NCBI GenBank assembly: GCA_013265495.1
Contig: MU058919.1
Location: 2,170,001-2,234,000 of the forward strand
Direction of reading: 5' to 3'
Length of the DNA: 64,000 nucleotides
Origin: Vicugna vicugna
Taxonomy: Eukaryota
The position numbers were made by a program, and so were the translations under genes. Shown here one piece after another: positions 63,500-64,000 of this stretch (position 1 is its first letter; the number at the start of each line of letters is the position of its first letter). The notes under the pieces are model-generated. The model saw nothing but the letters and a program-made list of their open reading frames with translations. It made no database searches and had not been told where the DNA came from.

Positions 63500-64000
63500 A
63501 AGATCGTGATAGGAATAAAAAACAGAAAGCGGAGCTCAGAAAAAAAACTGAAAAGAAAAAACAGTATACCTTCAAATAAGTGGTCTGTCTAAATTTTTTA
63601 AAGTTAAAAATAATAAAAGTGAGAAGACTATGTCAGGCATGACTCATTAAAAATTTGCCAGTGAGACATTATAAATTCTATATTTAATAAAGTTTTAATT
63701 ACTGATCAAAACAATGAAAATGAGCAAGAAAATTATTCAAATAAAATCCACAACTTCAAGACGTTAGATGAAATCCCTGGGACCTCATATTCTTCACTAC
63801 ATGAAGTTTTAATTACTGATCAAAGCAATGAGAATGAAAGAGAGGACTGTTCATAACGAATTCGCAAATCAGAAGCAGCAAGTATAAGCCTGGCTTGTCC
63901 ACTGGAAGATGTACGAAAATCCATTCATGAAATTTAGTAAATTGGATGAGAAAGATGAACTCCTGGAGTGTGAGTCATTTATTGTAGGATGATCCTAAAA
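63500..64000 (+). pseudogene. Decayed hAT-Tip100-like (Zaphod/Arthur1-like) transposase N-terminus, continuing past the window edge
   Basis: The frame from 63528 reads SGAQKKN*KEKTVYLQISGLSKFF, resembling the SGAxKRK...L(L/S)KFF N-terminal pattern of hAT-Tip100 transposases; after a frameshift an acidic, Asn-rich stretch follows with stops. Confidence 0.5.

Noticed and set aside
1-64000. CRISPR arrays, operons, rRNA, prokaryotic defence systems
   Set aside because: The sequence is mammalian; no regularly spaced repeat-spacer array, rRNA or prokaryote-like gene was seen.

Overview
This is mammalian, not microbial, genomic DNA. It is most likely from a camelid: it has two tRNA-Ala-derived vic-1-type SINEs, and I saw no Alu, Bov-A, PRE-1 or Can-SINE. 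The window is largely intronic or intergenic and dense in ancient eutherian repeats (L1M, L2, MIR, MLT1/MLT2, LTR33, LTR16, MER34-type LTR, MER5A, MER53, hAT remnants). None of the supplied ORFs is a recognisable cellular protein, and I could not name any gene. Main points: (1) a decayed U6 snRNA copy is fused to an L1 3' end at 10.7-11.7 kb, i.e. a U6-L1 chimeric retrocopy. (2) Six N-runs of 134-172 nt appear to be length-preserving masks rather than gaps. The two outside repeats abut minus-strand splice-site-like flanks, so they may hide conserved exons. (3) There are candidate minus-strand exons and a CpG-rich putative promoter at 22-24 kb, possibly the 5' end of a gene running off the left edge, plus a possible antisense plus-strand exon chain at 0.9-2.9 kb. 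(4) An old L1 at 27-32 kb contains three nested LTR insertions. (5) A decayed hAT-Tip100-like transposase N-terminus with an in-frame internal duplication lies at the right edge. (6) Several candidate regulatory motifs are present (RFX X-boxes, an ETS plus E-box composite, AP-1 sites). I found no convincing evidence of a new biological system. Repeat subfamily names come from recalled consensus sequences, boundaries are approximate, and exon calls are manual splice-signal predictions.
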